Positions 31,444 to 41,828 of a DNA stretch of 64,000 nt are shown one piece after another. Position numbers and translations under genes: made by a program. This DNA comes from Thainema sp. Lineage in GTDB: Bacteria > Cyanobacteriota > Cyanobacteriia > Phormidesmidales > Phormidesmidaceae. Where the stretch lies: positions 64,001 through 128,000 of the forward strand of contig JBQLZK010000005.1 in NCBI GenBank assembly GCA_052168235.1. The letters run 5' to 3'. Under the pieces are notes generated by a model, which made no database searches, had not been told where the DNA came from, and saw nothing but the letters and a program-made list of their open reading frames with translations. Position 1 is the first letter of the stretch, and each line of letters starts with the position of its first letter.

Positions 31444-31492
31444 ATCTAGAAACTGGGGGAGCGCCCCGGAGGAACACCCCCAGTTTCTAGAT
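31444..31492. terminator. hairpin between ado and aar
   Basis: atctagaaactggggg ... cccccagtttctagat. Confidence 0.6.
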
Positions 31493-31744
31493 TATGCATC
31501 TATTTGTATGCAGATTACATGCAGCTACTTATCTTCAGTTCAGCAGCTAGCTAAACGTGAAACCGATCAAGTGGTTCACAGACTGTTTGATCGGTTTTCG
31601 TCTACGAGTAGTTTGTATCAAATGAACATGACGTAAATGCCAAAATCATGTTTTTCTGAATAGGCTGCTCTGATTTGCAGATTACACAATCCCTGTCCAC
31701 CCAATTCTTAACGAGCCTTTGCAGGGCTTTAGCCTGACACAACT

Positions 31745-32770
31745 ATGTTTGGTTTAATCGGTCATCTGACGAGCTTAGAACACGCCCAATCCGTTGCTAG
31801 AGATTTAGGATATCCAGAATATGCCGACCAAGGTCTTGATTTTTGGTGTAGCGCACCGCCACAAATCGTAGATGACTTTTCGGTCGTTAGCGTCACGGGA
31901 CAAACCATTGAAGGACGCTATGTCGAATCCTGTTTCTTGCCGGAAATGCTAGCCACCCGCCGCATCAAGGCCGCAACCCGCAAGATTATCAATGCGATGG
32001 CTCACGCCCAAAAAAATGGAATTGACATTACGGCTCTGGGTGGGTTTTCATCGATTATTTTTGAGAACTTCAATCTCCAGCGGATTCAGCAGGTTCGCAA
32101 CGTTAAGCTCGACTTTCGCCGCTTTACGACCGGGAATACCCACACAGCCTACGTGATCTGTCGTCAGGTTGAGCAGGCTGCAGAGCAAGTTGGCATCAAG
32201 CTAGCTGAGGCAACAGTGGCTGTTTGTGGTGCAACGGGTGACATTGGCAGCGCCGTTTGCCGTTGGCTAAATGCGCGAACGGATATCGCTGATCTGCTGC
32301 TGGTGGCTCGTAATCAAGAGCGGCTACAGCTACTGCAAGATGAGCTGGGGCGCGGCAAGATCCTGCCAATGGAAGAAGCTTTACCGCAAGCCGATATCGT
32401 TGTTTGGGTGGCCAGTATGCCGAAGGGCGTTGAGATTGATCCATCGACTCTGAAGCAGCCCTGCTTGATTATTGACGGTGGCTATCCCAAAAATATGGGC
32501 AGCAAATTTGACCATCCTCACATTCACGTCCTGAATGGTGGCATCGTCGAGCATTCGCTGGATATCGACTGGCGGATTATGAACATCGTCAATATGGATG
32601 TGCCTGCCCGCCAGATGTTTGCCTGCTTTGCCGAATCAATGCTGCTGGAGTTCGAGAAGTGGCATACGAATTTTTCCTGGGGCCGCAATCAAATTTCGCT
32701 GGAAAAGATGGATATGATTGGTCAGGTTTCGATTAAGCATGGTTTCCGGCCATTGCTGCTGGGACGTTGA
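31745..32770 (+). CDS. aar: acyl-ACP reductase (aldehyde-forming)
   Basis: [28 protein letters not shown]. Confidence 0.97.
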   Translation: MFGLIGHLTSLEHAQSVARDLGYPEYADQGLDFWCSAPPQIVDDFSVVSVTGQTIEGRYVESCFLPEMLATRRIKAATRKIINAMAHAQKNGIDITALGGFSSIIFENFNLQRIQQVRNVKLDFRRFTTGNTHTAYVICRQVEQAAEQVGIKLAEATVAVCGATGDIGSAVCRWLNARTDIADLLLVARNQERLQLLQDELGRGKILPMEEALPQADIVVWVASMPKGVEIDPSTLKQPCLIIDGGYPKNMGSKFDHPHIHVLNGGIVEHSLDIDWRIMNIVNMDVPARQMFACFAESMLLEFEKWHTNFSWGRNQISLEKMDMIGQVSIKHGFRPLLLGR

Positions 32771-33002
32771 TAGCTTGAGGTGTTCACCTTTCACCTTTCA
32801 GCCTGGTTGGAAGTGTTAGGAAGGGTTGATGGTTGATAGTTGGTGGTTAATGGTTGGTGTGCGATCGCACTTTCTCCGCACCTTCCTCTCCTGACGTTTT
32901 TGCTCATTGTTGCTCATCTGCCGACACTTTTTGATAGGTTAATAACTAGGTTTCTATACCTAATGCTCTTGTTCACCCTCGTTGTGATACACAATCCGCT
33001 TC

Positions 33003-33989
33003 ATGGCTACTTCGACTCGCCGACCCATCCTCTTAGATTTTGAAAAGCCGCTGTCCGAACTGGAAGCGCGGATTAATCAGATCCGTGACTTAGCGGAAGA
33101 GAATGATGTAGATGTGACCGATCAAATTCGGCAGTTAGAGGCCAGAGCTGAACAACTGCGGGAGGAGATCTTTAGCGGTTTGTCGCCCGCTCAGCGGTTA
33201 CAGGTGGCTCGTCATCCCCGGCGACCCAGCACGCTGGATTACATTCAGGCGATTACCGACGAGTGGATCGAGCTGCATGGCGATCGCAGTACGGGCAAGG
33301 ATGACTCGGCCATTGTCACAGGTATTGGACGGCTGAACGGTCGCCCGGTTGTTCTGCTGGGACACCAAAAAGGGCGGGATACCAAAGACAACGTGGCGCG
33401 TAACTTCGGCATGGCCTCCCCCAGTGGCTATCGCAAAGCCATGCGAATTATGAATCACGCCGATCGGTTTGGTATGCCAATCATTGCATTTATCGATACA
33501 CCTGGCGCATTTCCTGGCCCGGAAGCCGAGCGGTTGGGACAGGGCGAGGCAATTGCTTACAACCTACGCGAAATGTTTCGGCTGAATGTACCGATTGTCT
33601 GTACTGTAATTGGTGAAGGCGGTTCCGGCGGTGCGTTAGGCATTGGAATTTGCGATCGCTTATTGATGTTTGAGCATTCGGTATATACCGTTGCTAGTCC
33701 AGAAGCCTGCGCCGCCATTCTCTGGAAAGATGCCGCTAAAGCACCTCGTGCGGCTGAAGCGCTCAAAATCACAGCCAAAGACTTGAAAGAACTGGGCATT
33801 TTAGATCAGCTTCTACCAGAACCGATTGGTGGAGCGCACGCCGATCCGGTGAAAGCAACTGAAACTCTCAAAACCGCTTTGATTGAGAATATCAATGAAC
33901 TGAGCCAGCTAACGAACGAAGAGCGAAAAAATCTGCGCTATCAAAAATTTCGGCAGATTGGTCGATTTACGACCGAACCCGTTGCTTAA
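33003..33989 (+). CDS. accA: acetyl-CoA carboxylase carboxyltransferase alpha
   Basis: [33 protein letters not shown]. Confidence 0.97.
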   Translation: MATSTRRPILLDFEKPLSELEARINQIRDLAEENDVDVTDQIRQLEARAEQLREEIFSGLSPAQRLQVARHPRRPSTLDYIQAITDEWIELHGDRSTGKDDSAIVTGIGRLNGRPVVLLGHQKGRDTKDNVARNFGMASPSGYRKAMRIMNHADRFGMPIIAFIDTPGAFPGPEAERLGQGEAIAYNLREMFRLNVPIVCTVIGEGGSGGALGIGICDRLLMFEHSVYTVASPEACAAILWKDAAKAPRAAEALKITAKDLKELGILDQLLPEPIGGAHADPVKATETLKTALIENINELSQLTNEERKNLRYQKFRQIGRFTTEPVA

Positions 33990-34008
33990 GTAGTTTGAAT
34001 AATGCAGT

Positions 34009-34065
34009 AAAAGAGTGATGAGAGGCGAAGTGAGCTAAGTTCACTTCGCCTCTCATCACTCTTTT
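34009..34065 (+). terminator. terminator after accA
   Basis: 25-bp perfect inverted repeat ending in TTTT. Confidence 0.8.
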
Positions 34066-34721
34066 GGCTAAATTGCTACAGTCATAGCCATGCAAGATAA
34101 CTGCCAACGAAAATTTAAGCAACCTCTAAGGCTAATGACGAAATTCAATGTAAGCTGAAACCTATGGTAATCCTTTAGGAATCTAGTCGGAAAACCGAAT
34201 TCAGCCAAACGTACCTAAAGAGAAAATCAAGTGCTAAAATGAGAGGCGAAACATAACTTAATACTTGCCGATCAGCAAACAGTAGCAACCTTGAGGCTGA
34301 TCCATTTGGGTTAGCATATTCAACTTGATGAATCAAACATAGAGTTTTCTCAATTTGCCAAACTGCCAGCCTACTGTTATCAACTAGTGGTGAAGCATTT
34401 TAGATTTTAATCCTTGTTTTCTTGCTTCTTGAGCACATCAGAATCGTAGTATCAAATAATTAATTGCTTAGTTAATTACTGCGATACTATCAGCGCTGGC
34501 ACAATCAATTAAGTTGATTAAATTTACCGTTTTGTTTGATTGCTAGTGTTTCTTGATATATCAAGAAACCGCATATTGCTTGAGCTATGTAGGGCAACAT
34601 TAGCTGTTAGTATTGCTCTATTTGAAGCGGGCTCAACTATTTAGTTAATCCCAATGGTTATGACAAGAAGCTAATTTAGTTTGAGTCAAGTAGTGATCAC
34701 AGCCGCACATTCAGTAATTTC

Positions 34722-35447
34722 ATGACTTTATCCAAGACACAGCGTGTCCTTATCACTGGAGCCAGTAGCGGAATTGGCAAAGCGACTGCGATCGCATTTG
34801 CTAAAGCCGGATTCAATGTGGTTCTAGTCAGTCGATCTACCGACAAGCTTGAAGCTGTTGCTAAAGATGTACAAGCGGCAGGGAGAACAGCCCATATCTA
34901 CTCGTTGGATTTAGCCAGCGTTGAGCAAGTCAAACCTCGCATGATGGCAATTGTTGAGGAAAGCGGCGGCATCGACATCTTGGTCAATAATGCTGGCATG
35001 GGCTACACCAACACGATTGACGACACGTCGCTAACAGATTGGCAGCAGATACTTGATCTAAACCTAACCAGCGTTTTTCAGTGTATTCAGGCCGTTCTGC
35101 CCGGCATGCGTGGCCAACAGCGCGGCATGATCATCAATGTTGCTTCGATTGCAGCAAGTAGTGCGTTTCCAGGATGGGGAGCCTACAGCGTTAGCAAAGC
35201 GGGGCTAGTGACCTTATCGAAAATCTTAGCCGCAGAAGAGCGGAGCAACGGCATCCGAGTCGTCACCATCTCTCCTGGCGCTGTGAATACACCGATTTGG
35301 GATACGGATACGGTGCAGGCTGATTTTGATCGGTCTGGTATGTTGACGCCGGAAATCGTAGCCCAGTCCATTCTTCATGCAGCCTCGCTGCCCGAGCAGG
35401 CTGTCATTGAGGATTTAACCGTGATGCCGAGTGCTGGTGCACTCTAA
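34722..35447 (+). CDS. short-chain dehydrogenase/reductase
   Basis: TGASSGIG, NNAG, YSVSK; usual position upstream of folE. Confidence 0.93.
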   Translation: MTLSKTQRVLITGASSGIGKATAIAFAKAGFNVVLVSRSTDKLEAVAKDVQAAGRTAHIYSLDLASVEQVKPRMMAIVEESGGIDILVNNAGMGYTNTIDDTSLTDWQQILDLNLTSVFQCIQAVLPGMRGQQRGMIINVASIAASSAFPGWGAYSVSKAGLVTLSKILAAEERSNGIRVVTISPGAVNTPIWDTDTVQADFDRSGMLTPEIVAQSILHAASLPEQAVIEDLTVMPSAGAL

Positions 35448-35516
35448 ATCATCGGCTCGTCCAGTTCAGTTTACGTTTACTCATTTGACTTCGGAGAACT
35501 TAGGTTCCAATTTGCT

Positions 35517-36266
35517 ATGACTATCGCTTCTAATTATTCCAATGGTACGACCTCTAATGGTGCAGGTAACAACGGCCCTCGTCTAGAAGAAGAACTGTCC
35601 TCTGCAAAAGAGGCGTTGTTGAATAAATCTGCCGAAACTCGTCCCGATCGCAACACCAGCCACGGGAAAGAGTCTCAGCCGCGTCCGACCACCGAGACGG
35701 CCAACGCAGAGATGATGGATGCCGTTCGCACCATGCTCCTGTCCGTTGGCGAAGATCCAGAACGGGAAGGTCTGCTCAAGACTCCAAAGCGGGTAGCTGA
35801 GGCGATGCGGTTCCTCACCAATGGCTACAACCAGTCACTTGAGGAACTGGTGAATGGAGCCATTTTTGATGAAGGTCACAACGAAATGGTACTGGTGCGG
35901 GACATTGATGCCTTTAGTCTCTGCGAGCACCACATGCTGCCGTTTATGGGTAAAGTGCATGTCGCCTATATTCCGAACCAAAAGGTTGTTGGCTTGAGTA
36001 AGCTGGCCCGAATTGTGGAAATGTATGCTCGCCGCCTGCAGGTGCAAGAGCGTCTAACCCGTCAAATTGCCGAAGCGGTTCAAACTATCCTCGATCCGCA
36101 GGGCGTTGCGGTCGTTATGGAAGCTAGCCACATGTGTATGGTGATGCGCGGTGTCCAGAAGCCTGGCTCATGGACGGTAACTAGCGCCATGCTGGGTGTC
36201 TTCCAAGAGGATCAGAAAACGCGTGATGAATTTCTCAGCTTGATTCGTCACAAGCCCTCGTTCTAA
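35517..36266 (+). CDS. folE: GTP cyclohydrolase I
   Basis: [35 protein letters not shown]. Confidence 0.97.
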   Translation: MTIASNYSNGTTSNGAGNNGPRLEEELSSAKEALLNKSAETRPDRNTSHGKESQPRPTTETANAEMMDAVRTMLLSVGEDPEREGLLKTPKRVAEAMRFLTNGYNQSLEELVNGAIFDEGHNEMVLVRDIDAFSLCEHHMLPFMGKVHVAYIPNQKVVGLSKLARIVEMYARRLQVQERLTRQIAEAVQTILDPQGVAVVMEASHMCMVMRGVQKPGSWTVTSAMLGVFQEDQKTRDEFLSLIRHKPSF

Positions 36267-36337
36267 CGACTCCTGCGTAAATTGCGATGCGGCGTTTCGT
36301 ACTATCTAACGCATGCGATGCAGGACATTTGAGCGAT

Positions 36338-36400
36338 AAACCCCAATAGAGAGAAGGACTAGCTCGTGGCGCGAGCTAGTCCTTCTCTCTATTGGGGTTT
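36338..36400. terminator. 29-bp perfect hairpin overlapping the rnc 3' end
   Basis: aaaccccaatagagagaaggactagctcg-tggcg-cgagctagtccttctctctattggggttt. Confidence 0.75.
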
Positions 36401-37077
36401 TCATCTGCTTGTTCGGTTAGCATTTGTAACGCATTGGCGGCGGCTTGTTTTTCTGCGTCCTGCTTGCGCTTGCCAGTCCCCGTGCCAAAGGGTTGTCCTT
36501 TTACGCTGACAACGGCTGTAAACGTCTTATCGTGGTCTGGGCCAGATTGATGGGCAATGGTATAGACTGGATTCTCGCCAAATTGAGCCAGTGCCCAGGC
36601 TTGAAAGCGACTTTTGACGTTATCAAAGGTAGGGGTCGTGTCAAGCTGTTCTACTGCTGACTGAAAGAGCGGCTGCATATAGGTTTTGATGGCCTGAATA
36701 TTAGATCGAGTATCCAGCAGGTATGCACCAATCATTGCTTCAAATGCACTGCTCAGCAGATTTGAATTGGTTCGTCCACCAGTTTGTTCGGTGCCTTTGC
36801 CCAGACGCAGATAATTACCCAGATCGAGCGCGATCGCAAATTTCGTTAACTGAATCTCATCAACAAGCGCCGCCCGCATAGAGGTCAGCGTACCTTCTGG
36901 ATAGTCTGGATAGCGCTGGTAGAGAAACTCGCCAGCGATGTAGGTCAACACCGCATCCCCTAAGAATTCTAACCGTTCATTATGATCGCCATCGTCTGGA
37001 TATTCATTCACGTAGGAACGATGGGTCATGGCCTGCTGGAATAGGTGGGGAGATTGAAACGGGGGCAGTTGCAGCAT
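36376..37077 (-). CDS. rnc: ribonuclease III
   Basis: THRS, ERLEFLGDAVL, FEAMIGA, C-terminal dsRBD (GPDHDK.F, AEKQAA). Confidence 0.95.
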   Translation of the reverse strand: MLQLPPFQSPHLFQQAMTHRSYVNEYPDDGDHNERLEFLGDAVLTYIAGEFLYQRYPDYPEGTLTSMRAALVDEIQLTKFAIALDLGNYLRLGKGTEQTGGRTNSNLLSSAFEAMIGAYLLDTRSNIQAIKTYMQPLFQSAVEQLDTTPTFDNVKSRFQAWALAQFGENPVYTIAHQSGPDHDKTFTAVVSVKGQPFGTGTGKRKQDAEKQAAANALQMLTEQADENPNREKD

Positions 37078-37194
37078 GATCAAGCAACAAAGTTGAGTAC
37101 AGGGGCAAATCGATAGTTTGGAAAAACAGGTTGGGGAAAAACTCCTGTTTTTCCAAACATAAATTCCAACATAGATTTGTTTGACTACAAGTGG

Positions 37195-37809
37195 CTACAT
37201 AAATTTCGTTAGCGAAACAATGCCAAAGATCATGAACAGGCTGCCGCCCAGGGCTGTGACAGTTCGTTCTGAGATGCGACCCGCAATTAAACGCCCACAT
37301 AAAACTGCGATCGCAGCACAGATGGTGTGGCCCAGAATCGCGCCGATAGTCACACCCAGCGGATGATAGGCCGTTGCCAGCATGACCGGAGCAATTTGAG
37401 TGCGATCGCCCCATTCGGCAACAAAGGTCAGCGTAAACGCCTTGGAAAGGATCTGCATCGCTTGCTTAGGAACGGTCTTCGACTCGGCTGCTTCTACGGT
37501 CTGAATCGCGGCTTCCTGCTCATCGACTGGCGGCTGATCGGTCATTTTACTCGCGTCGTATAGTAATTTTAGACCAAATCCCAGGAACAGTAGCACCTCT
37601 GCCACTCGCACCCATGTCGTCGGTAACTGGGCAACCGCTTGTCCCAACGCCACCGACAGCAGCGTCATCGCCGCCAAGGCTAGCACGACGCCAAGCAGCA
37701 CCCAGCGCCGCGCATGGCGCATGGCTAAAATAGCTGCGATAAAAAACGTTTTATCGCCTAACTCGGAAATGGTGATTAAGGTTAATCCTGCTGTAAATGC
37801 CGCTAACAT
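37195..37809 (-). CDS. TMEM165/GDT1 (UPF0016) family Mn2+ transporter
   Basis: ELGDKT and EWGDRT motifs; upstream yybP-ykoY riboswitch; ATG at 37809. Confidence 0.92.
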   Translation of the reverse strand: MLAAFTAGLTLITISELGDKTFFIAAILAMRHARRWVLLGVVLALAAMTLLSVALGQAVAQLPTTWVRVAEVLLFLGFGLKLLYDASKMTDQPPVDEQEAAIQTVEAAESKTVPKQAMQILSKAFTLTFVAEWGDRTQIAPVMLATAYHPLGVTIGAILGHTICAAIAVLCGRLIAGRISERTVTALGGSLFMIFGIVSLTKFM

Positions 37810-37945
37810 CGCCTCAAGCTCCTCTAGGTCGGTGGATGAAGTGACCACTCGATTGTGAGCTTGAAGGAGGACTACGGGAAACTGGCGAACTCCACCAAGC
37901 CCACATCGATACGTGATTTGTGGTCACGATTCAAGTGAACTTAGT

Positions 37946-38087
37946 GAAGGTCTCGCTTTCAAACTAATCGCTGTTCGTTGAGCAATGCTCAACTTAAGCC
38001 GAACGCGATTAACTTGCCACCTAAGCCAGGTTCATCACCAGCATGTTGACCTAGGCGTACTGGCTGAGCCAGCAGCTACTCCCCTTC
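37946..38087 (-). ncRNA. yybP-ykoY manganese riboswitch aptamer
   Basis: Minus strand GAAGGGGAGTAGC ... CCTAGGTCAACATGC ... TGGCTTAGG ... GCGAGACCTTC, the conserved core in order, upstream of a UPF0016 gene. Confidence 0.85.
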
Positions 38088-38190
38088 TACATCCCAAAAT
38101 ATACCAGGTTGTGGGTGGTTAAGTGCGATCGCAACTCCAAATATCGGCAACTCATGAAAAAACGATGTCGGTTTGGTCAAACAACCGTTG

Positions 38191-38216
38191 TAGGGGCGAA
38201 TGGCCATTCGCCCCTA
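38191..38216. repeat. REP-like GTAG palindrome
   Basis: taggggcgaatggccattcgccccta; same family as 23905. Confidence 0.75.
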
Positions 38217-38258
38217 TCCTGGCCATTCGTCCCTACCCAAAATTTTGGAAATGACAAA

Positions 38259-41200
38259 TCACGTCAGGTCAAACTCATCGAAGGAGACGGTTGGCAAATC
38301 CATTGGCAGAACGTCACGGTTAAAGCTCGCTTTCTGGCTTTGGCGCTGGGTGGCGACTTCAACCGTAACGGCCTCAATTTGCACTTCCAGGCAACCCTTG
38401 GGCACAATTAGTGGTACCACGGTTTCTAGGTAGCCTTGACCATCCGGCTCTAAATCCGCTAGCCAGCGGGGGCCATCTAGAATAATCCGCATTTGGCGAT
38501 CGCTCATCCAAAACTTGATGTAAACCCGCAGTGGATGGGACGGCAAGCGCACCTGCACATCGAGCGCTTCGCCAGCTTTGAGATCGCCTGCTGGAAGCTT
38601 CAACTGGGGCACAGGTAGAGGCGGCAGATTTGACCAGCTATCGATATCGGGTTCGATGGCGTCATTGATCGGGTTGGGATGGGTAGAGTTTGCGATCGCA
38701 GGTGAACCCGACGGGGGCACAACGTCAGCCTCAACATCATCGACAACGATTTCATCGTCATAGATTACGACTTCATTGGCCGTCAGTTCCGCTTCTCGCG
38801 CCAGTTCCTCCGCACTTGGAGATGAATCAAAGTCGGGCAAAAGCGACTCGGCGGGTAACGAAGCGGAATCATTGTCGTTGGGTTGGCCTTCCCTATCAAA
38901 CGACTGAAATTCGCTGAGCGCATCGAAATCAACTCCGTGCGGGCGATAGGCGGTCGAATCCTCGATTTGCTGCATTTGAGCCGCCTGAGCATCAAACGCT
39001 AGAGCCGAGAGCCGAGAGAAGAATCGATCCTGTAGGTTGAGCGACAAAAACGACTGTTCCAGTGGATTCGCAGGCGCGGGTTCAGCGGTTATATCGAGTT
39101 CAAACGTCGGCTCTTCACCCGCTTCATCCATTGCGTCAGCTTGATCCGCAAAATCTAGATCAACTTCGCGAACCGTTACGTCTTCCTCGATCTCTGCATC
39201 ATCGCTCAGGTCATCTGCACGAACTGAATCGATCTCACTCGAGTGATTGACCTGCGGATCGGCTGGTACCTCAAATGGATCAAAACCGATATCAGTCAGT
39301 GACTCATCGCGTGACTCATCTGTTGGCTGCGGTCGATTAGAGCCAGGAACTGCGGATGGAGCAAATTCATTCGCTTGGTCGTCCAGATCCGCTTCAGCCA
39401 ATGATTCGTTATCGGCTAAATCATCTGCGCCGTTATCGACTGAGATCGCATCCTCTCCGTACAGGTTAGCAGTAACCGAATCATCACCATTCGCTGCATC
39501 AACGGAACTCACGACATCCGAAGAAGTCTCCTCTGGATTGGTCGCCACCTGATTCTCAGGCTCATCCCCATTCGCCTGTGCAGTCCCTTGAGCCTGAATC
39601 GGACGCAGAGTCGGGAGTTTGGGCAATAGCGGCTCGAATCGGTTTGAGGAATTAGCGGGAGCAGGTTCAGTTGGCTGGGGGGCTGGCTGCGCTGGAGTCA
39701 ATGCACTGGATTGATCGGTTGATGGCGCACGATTAGCCGAAGCGGCACTGGAACGAATTTGGGGCGGCAGCGACATGCCCAGTTTGGGCTGAAAGAGGGA
39801 GGGCTGGAATGGAATCGCCTGTGGTGGTTGAAACTCGATTTTCGGTTTAGCCGCTGTTTCGCTAGTTGCAGTCTCGCCGCTAGCGGTCTCATCAGCATCT
39901 GCTGTAGCCGATGGCCTCTCTTCATCTGTATTGAGAAATGGTGCCGCCACATCGACAGGTGGCGCGTCAAAATTGAACAGCTCAATCGGGTCAGCCGCTT
40001 CCTCTGCCGCAAACATATCCTGATTGGCGATCGCATCCAGCAGTTCATTCAAATCCGTGGTGATCGAAAACTCCTGAGATGCCGAAACGAGTAGCTGTCC
40101 GCCAACCTCAGCACTGAGGGTCAATTCACCCAGGATGAGATGTGACCGATGGGCAGGCGGTGCGATCGCAACTTGGAAGGTCGCGGGTAAAGGCTGTGCC
40201 GGAACGGTCTGCTGAATCCGATCAATGGTCTGGGCGGTTTGCGGATCAAACAGGCGAATCGTGAGGACGCTTTCGGGCAGCTGGGGCGAGTCGGCCTGAT
40301 CAGCAGATGAATCGGTATTTGGATCGGCAAGTGCGATCGCGCCCGCTAACTGGACGGGCCGACCACCTTTAACAATGTAGGCATCGGTCTGGAGCTGGAG
40401 CTGAACGGGCCGATCAGCTAGCGTTAGCTTACCTGCTGCGTCAGAGGGTAAGGTGCGATCGCGATTCGCCCCCGAATGCTGAGCGACATCCCGCTGCGGA
40501 TCAATGGCGGACTCGACATCTAAAAACGCCTCGTCAACTACATTCTGCGACATCTGCTCGGCCAGGGAACGCCAGTCGGCATGAGTCGGCAGCGGATCAT
40601 GCGGCATCGTAGTTTCAGACGACGGCATGGCTCCATCCCAGTTGTTCGCTGGCGTAACTGTTGCCGAATCAGCCGCAGAATACTCAGCCGGATCGGAGGC
40701 AGAAGCGTCCAAATTGGGCTGCATCTGGGCTAGCTCTGATAATTCAACTTCTAGATCGACATCATCCGCTTCCGCTTCTAACGGAGGCTCTAGCACTACA
40801 TTATCTGCGGCAATTTCTTCTGGCTCATCGACACTAGCTGTCTCCGCATAGGCAGGAACATCAACCTCTTGAGCATCCCGGTCTGACAACGGTAAATCGG
40901 CTAAATCTAAATCGGGTTGGGCATTAGTAGAGAAGGAAGCATCCGGGTCTAAGTCACTGGTAACAGCAGCATTGAGAGCAATTTCATCAACGCTGATATC
41001 TGGATCAGGACGGGACGCATCAACGACTGGGCCTGACCAATCTTCGTCGGTCATCTCCTCATGTGCTACCACTTGCAGCTTGACGGCGTACAGCCAGCGC
41101 TCACCGACAAAATCAGACATTAAGTCATTGGTGCAGCGCAATTCCCACATGCCGGGGCGAAAATGAACAAACGGCACGATAGAAACTAAGCCGGAATTGT

Positions 41201-41408
41201 TGGTATGTCCAGAACGTTTTTTAGTATGCCAGCGGGGCGGCACGTCTTCTGGAGAGGTGTGACGGATTTGAATCTCAACTGGGGTGTCCTTGCGGCTGGA
41301 ACGAGCCACAATCCGATAGCGTCCTTCTAGAATCTCCACATCGGACGATTCCAGCGGGAGCCATGAGCGATCGCCTTTCTTTTGAAGCAAAAATTCCCAG
41401 TATTCCAT
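38259..41408 (-). CDS. large acidic hypothetical protein (folded domains joined by low-complexity linkers)
   Basis: 1049-aa ORF; globular-looking N-terminal, middle and C-terminal segments separated by D/E/A/P-rich stretches. Confidence 0.8.
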   Translation of the reverse strand: MEYWEFLLQKKGDRSWLPLESSDVEILEGRYRIVARSSRKDTPVEIQIRHTSPEDVPPRWHTKKRSGHTNNSGLVSIVPFVHFRPGMWELRCTNDLMSDFVGERWLYAVKLQVVAHEEMTDEDWSGPVVDASRPDPDISVDEIALNAAVTSDLDPDASFSTNAQPDLDLADLPLSDRDAQEVDVPAYAETASVDEPEEIAADNVVLEPPLEAEADDVDLEVELSELAQMQPNLDASASDPAEYSAADSATVTPANNWDGAMPSSETTMPHDPLPTHADWRSLAEQMSQNVVDEAFLDVESAIDPQRDVAQHSGANRDRTLPSDAAGKLTLADRPVQLQLQTDAYIVKGGRPVQLAGAIALADPNTDSSADQADSPQLPESVLTIRLFDPQTAQTIDRIQQTVPAQPLPATFQVAIAPPAHRSHLILGELTLSAEVGGQLLVSASQEFSITTDLNELLDAIANQDMFAAEEAADPIELFNFDAPPVDVAAPFLNTDEERPSATADADETASGETATSETAAKPKIEFQPPQAIPFQPSLFQPKLGMSLPPQIRSSAASANRAPSTDQSSALTPAQPAPQPTEPAPANSSNRFEPLLPKLPTLRPIQAQGTAQANGDEPENQVATNPEETSSDVVSSVDAANGDDSVTANLYGEDAISVDNGADDLADNESLAEADLDDQANEFAPSAVPGSNRPQPTDESRDESLTDIGFDPFEVPADPQVNHSSEIDSVRADDLSDDAEIEEDVTVREVDLDFADQADAMDEAGEEPTFELDITAEPAPANPLEQSFLSLNLQDRFFSRLSALAFDAQAAQMQQIEDSTAYRPHGVDFDALSEFQSFDREGQPNDNDSASLPAESLLPDFDSSPSAEELAREAELTANEVVIYDDEIVVDDVEADVVPPSGSPAIANSTHPNPINDAIEPDIDSWSNLPPLPVPQLKLPAGDLKAGEALDVQVRLPSHPLRVYIKFWMSDRQMRIILDGPRWLADLEPDGQGYLETVVPLIVPKGCLEVQIEAVTVEVATQRQSQKASFNRDVLPMDLPTVSFDEFDLT

Positions 41409-41828
41409 TTCAATCCTCAGAGGATGCGCTGCCGATGCATCTAGTGGTCTGTCAGGTCACTGTTTGGGATTAACGCAGGATTCCCCTCAACAGTCAACCG
41501 CGTGCTGTATTCGTTCGAGACTAGCAACCATAGTGTAAGCGAAGCATCCAATCTTGGATCATGCCAATAAAATTTAAGGTTTCTTTGGTATTACAGTTGC
41601 GATTCGTTTCGACTTCTTTGGGCGCGATTTAAATCGTCCATCCACTGTGGGTGGTTTATACCAATCCCATGGGTCACAGCTACAGAGATCTTGCACTGGA
41701 CGCACAACCAGACATTTTTACAGGAAACGATTTATAGGGATGGGTTTTGGCAATCAACTTTAATTGAGACCCATAAGTGGAATGCTAAACTTGCCCCTAC
41801 AAGGGTTTATCTGCATCTTCGAATTTCT

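Noticed and set aside
30725..36266. Alkane biosynthesis cluster as a novelty
   Set aside because: ado-aar-accA-SDR-folE is a well-known conserved arrangement
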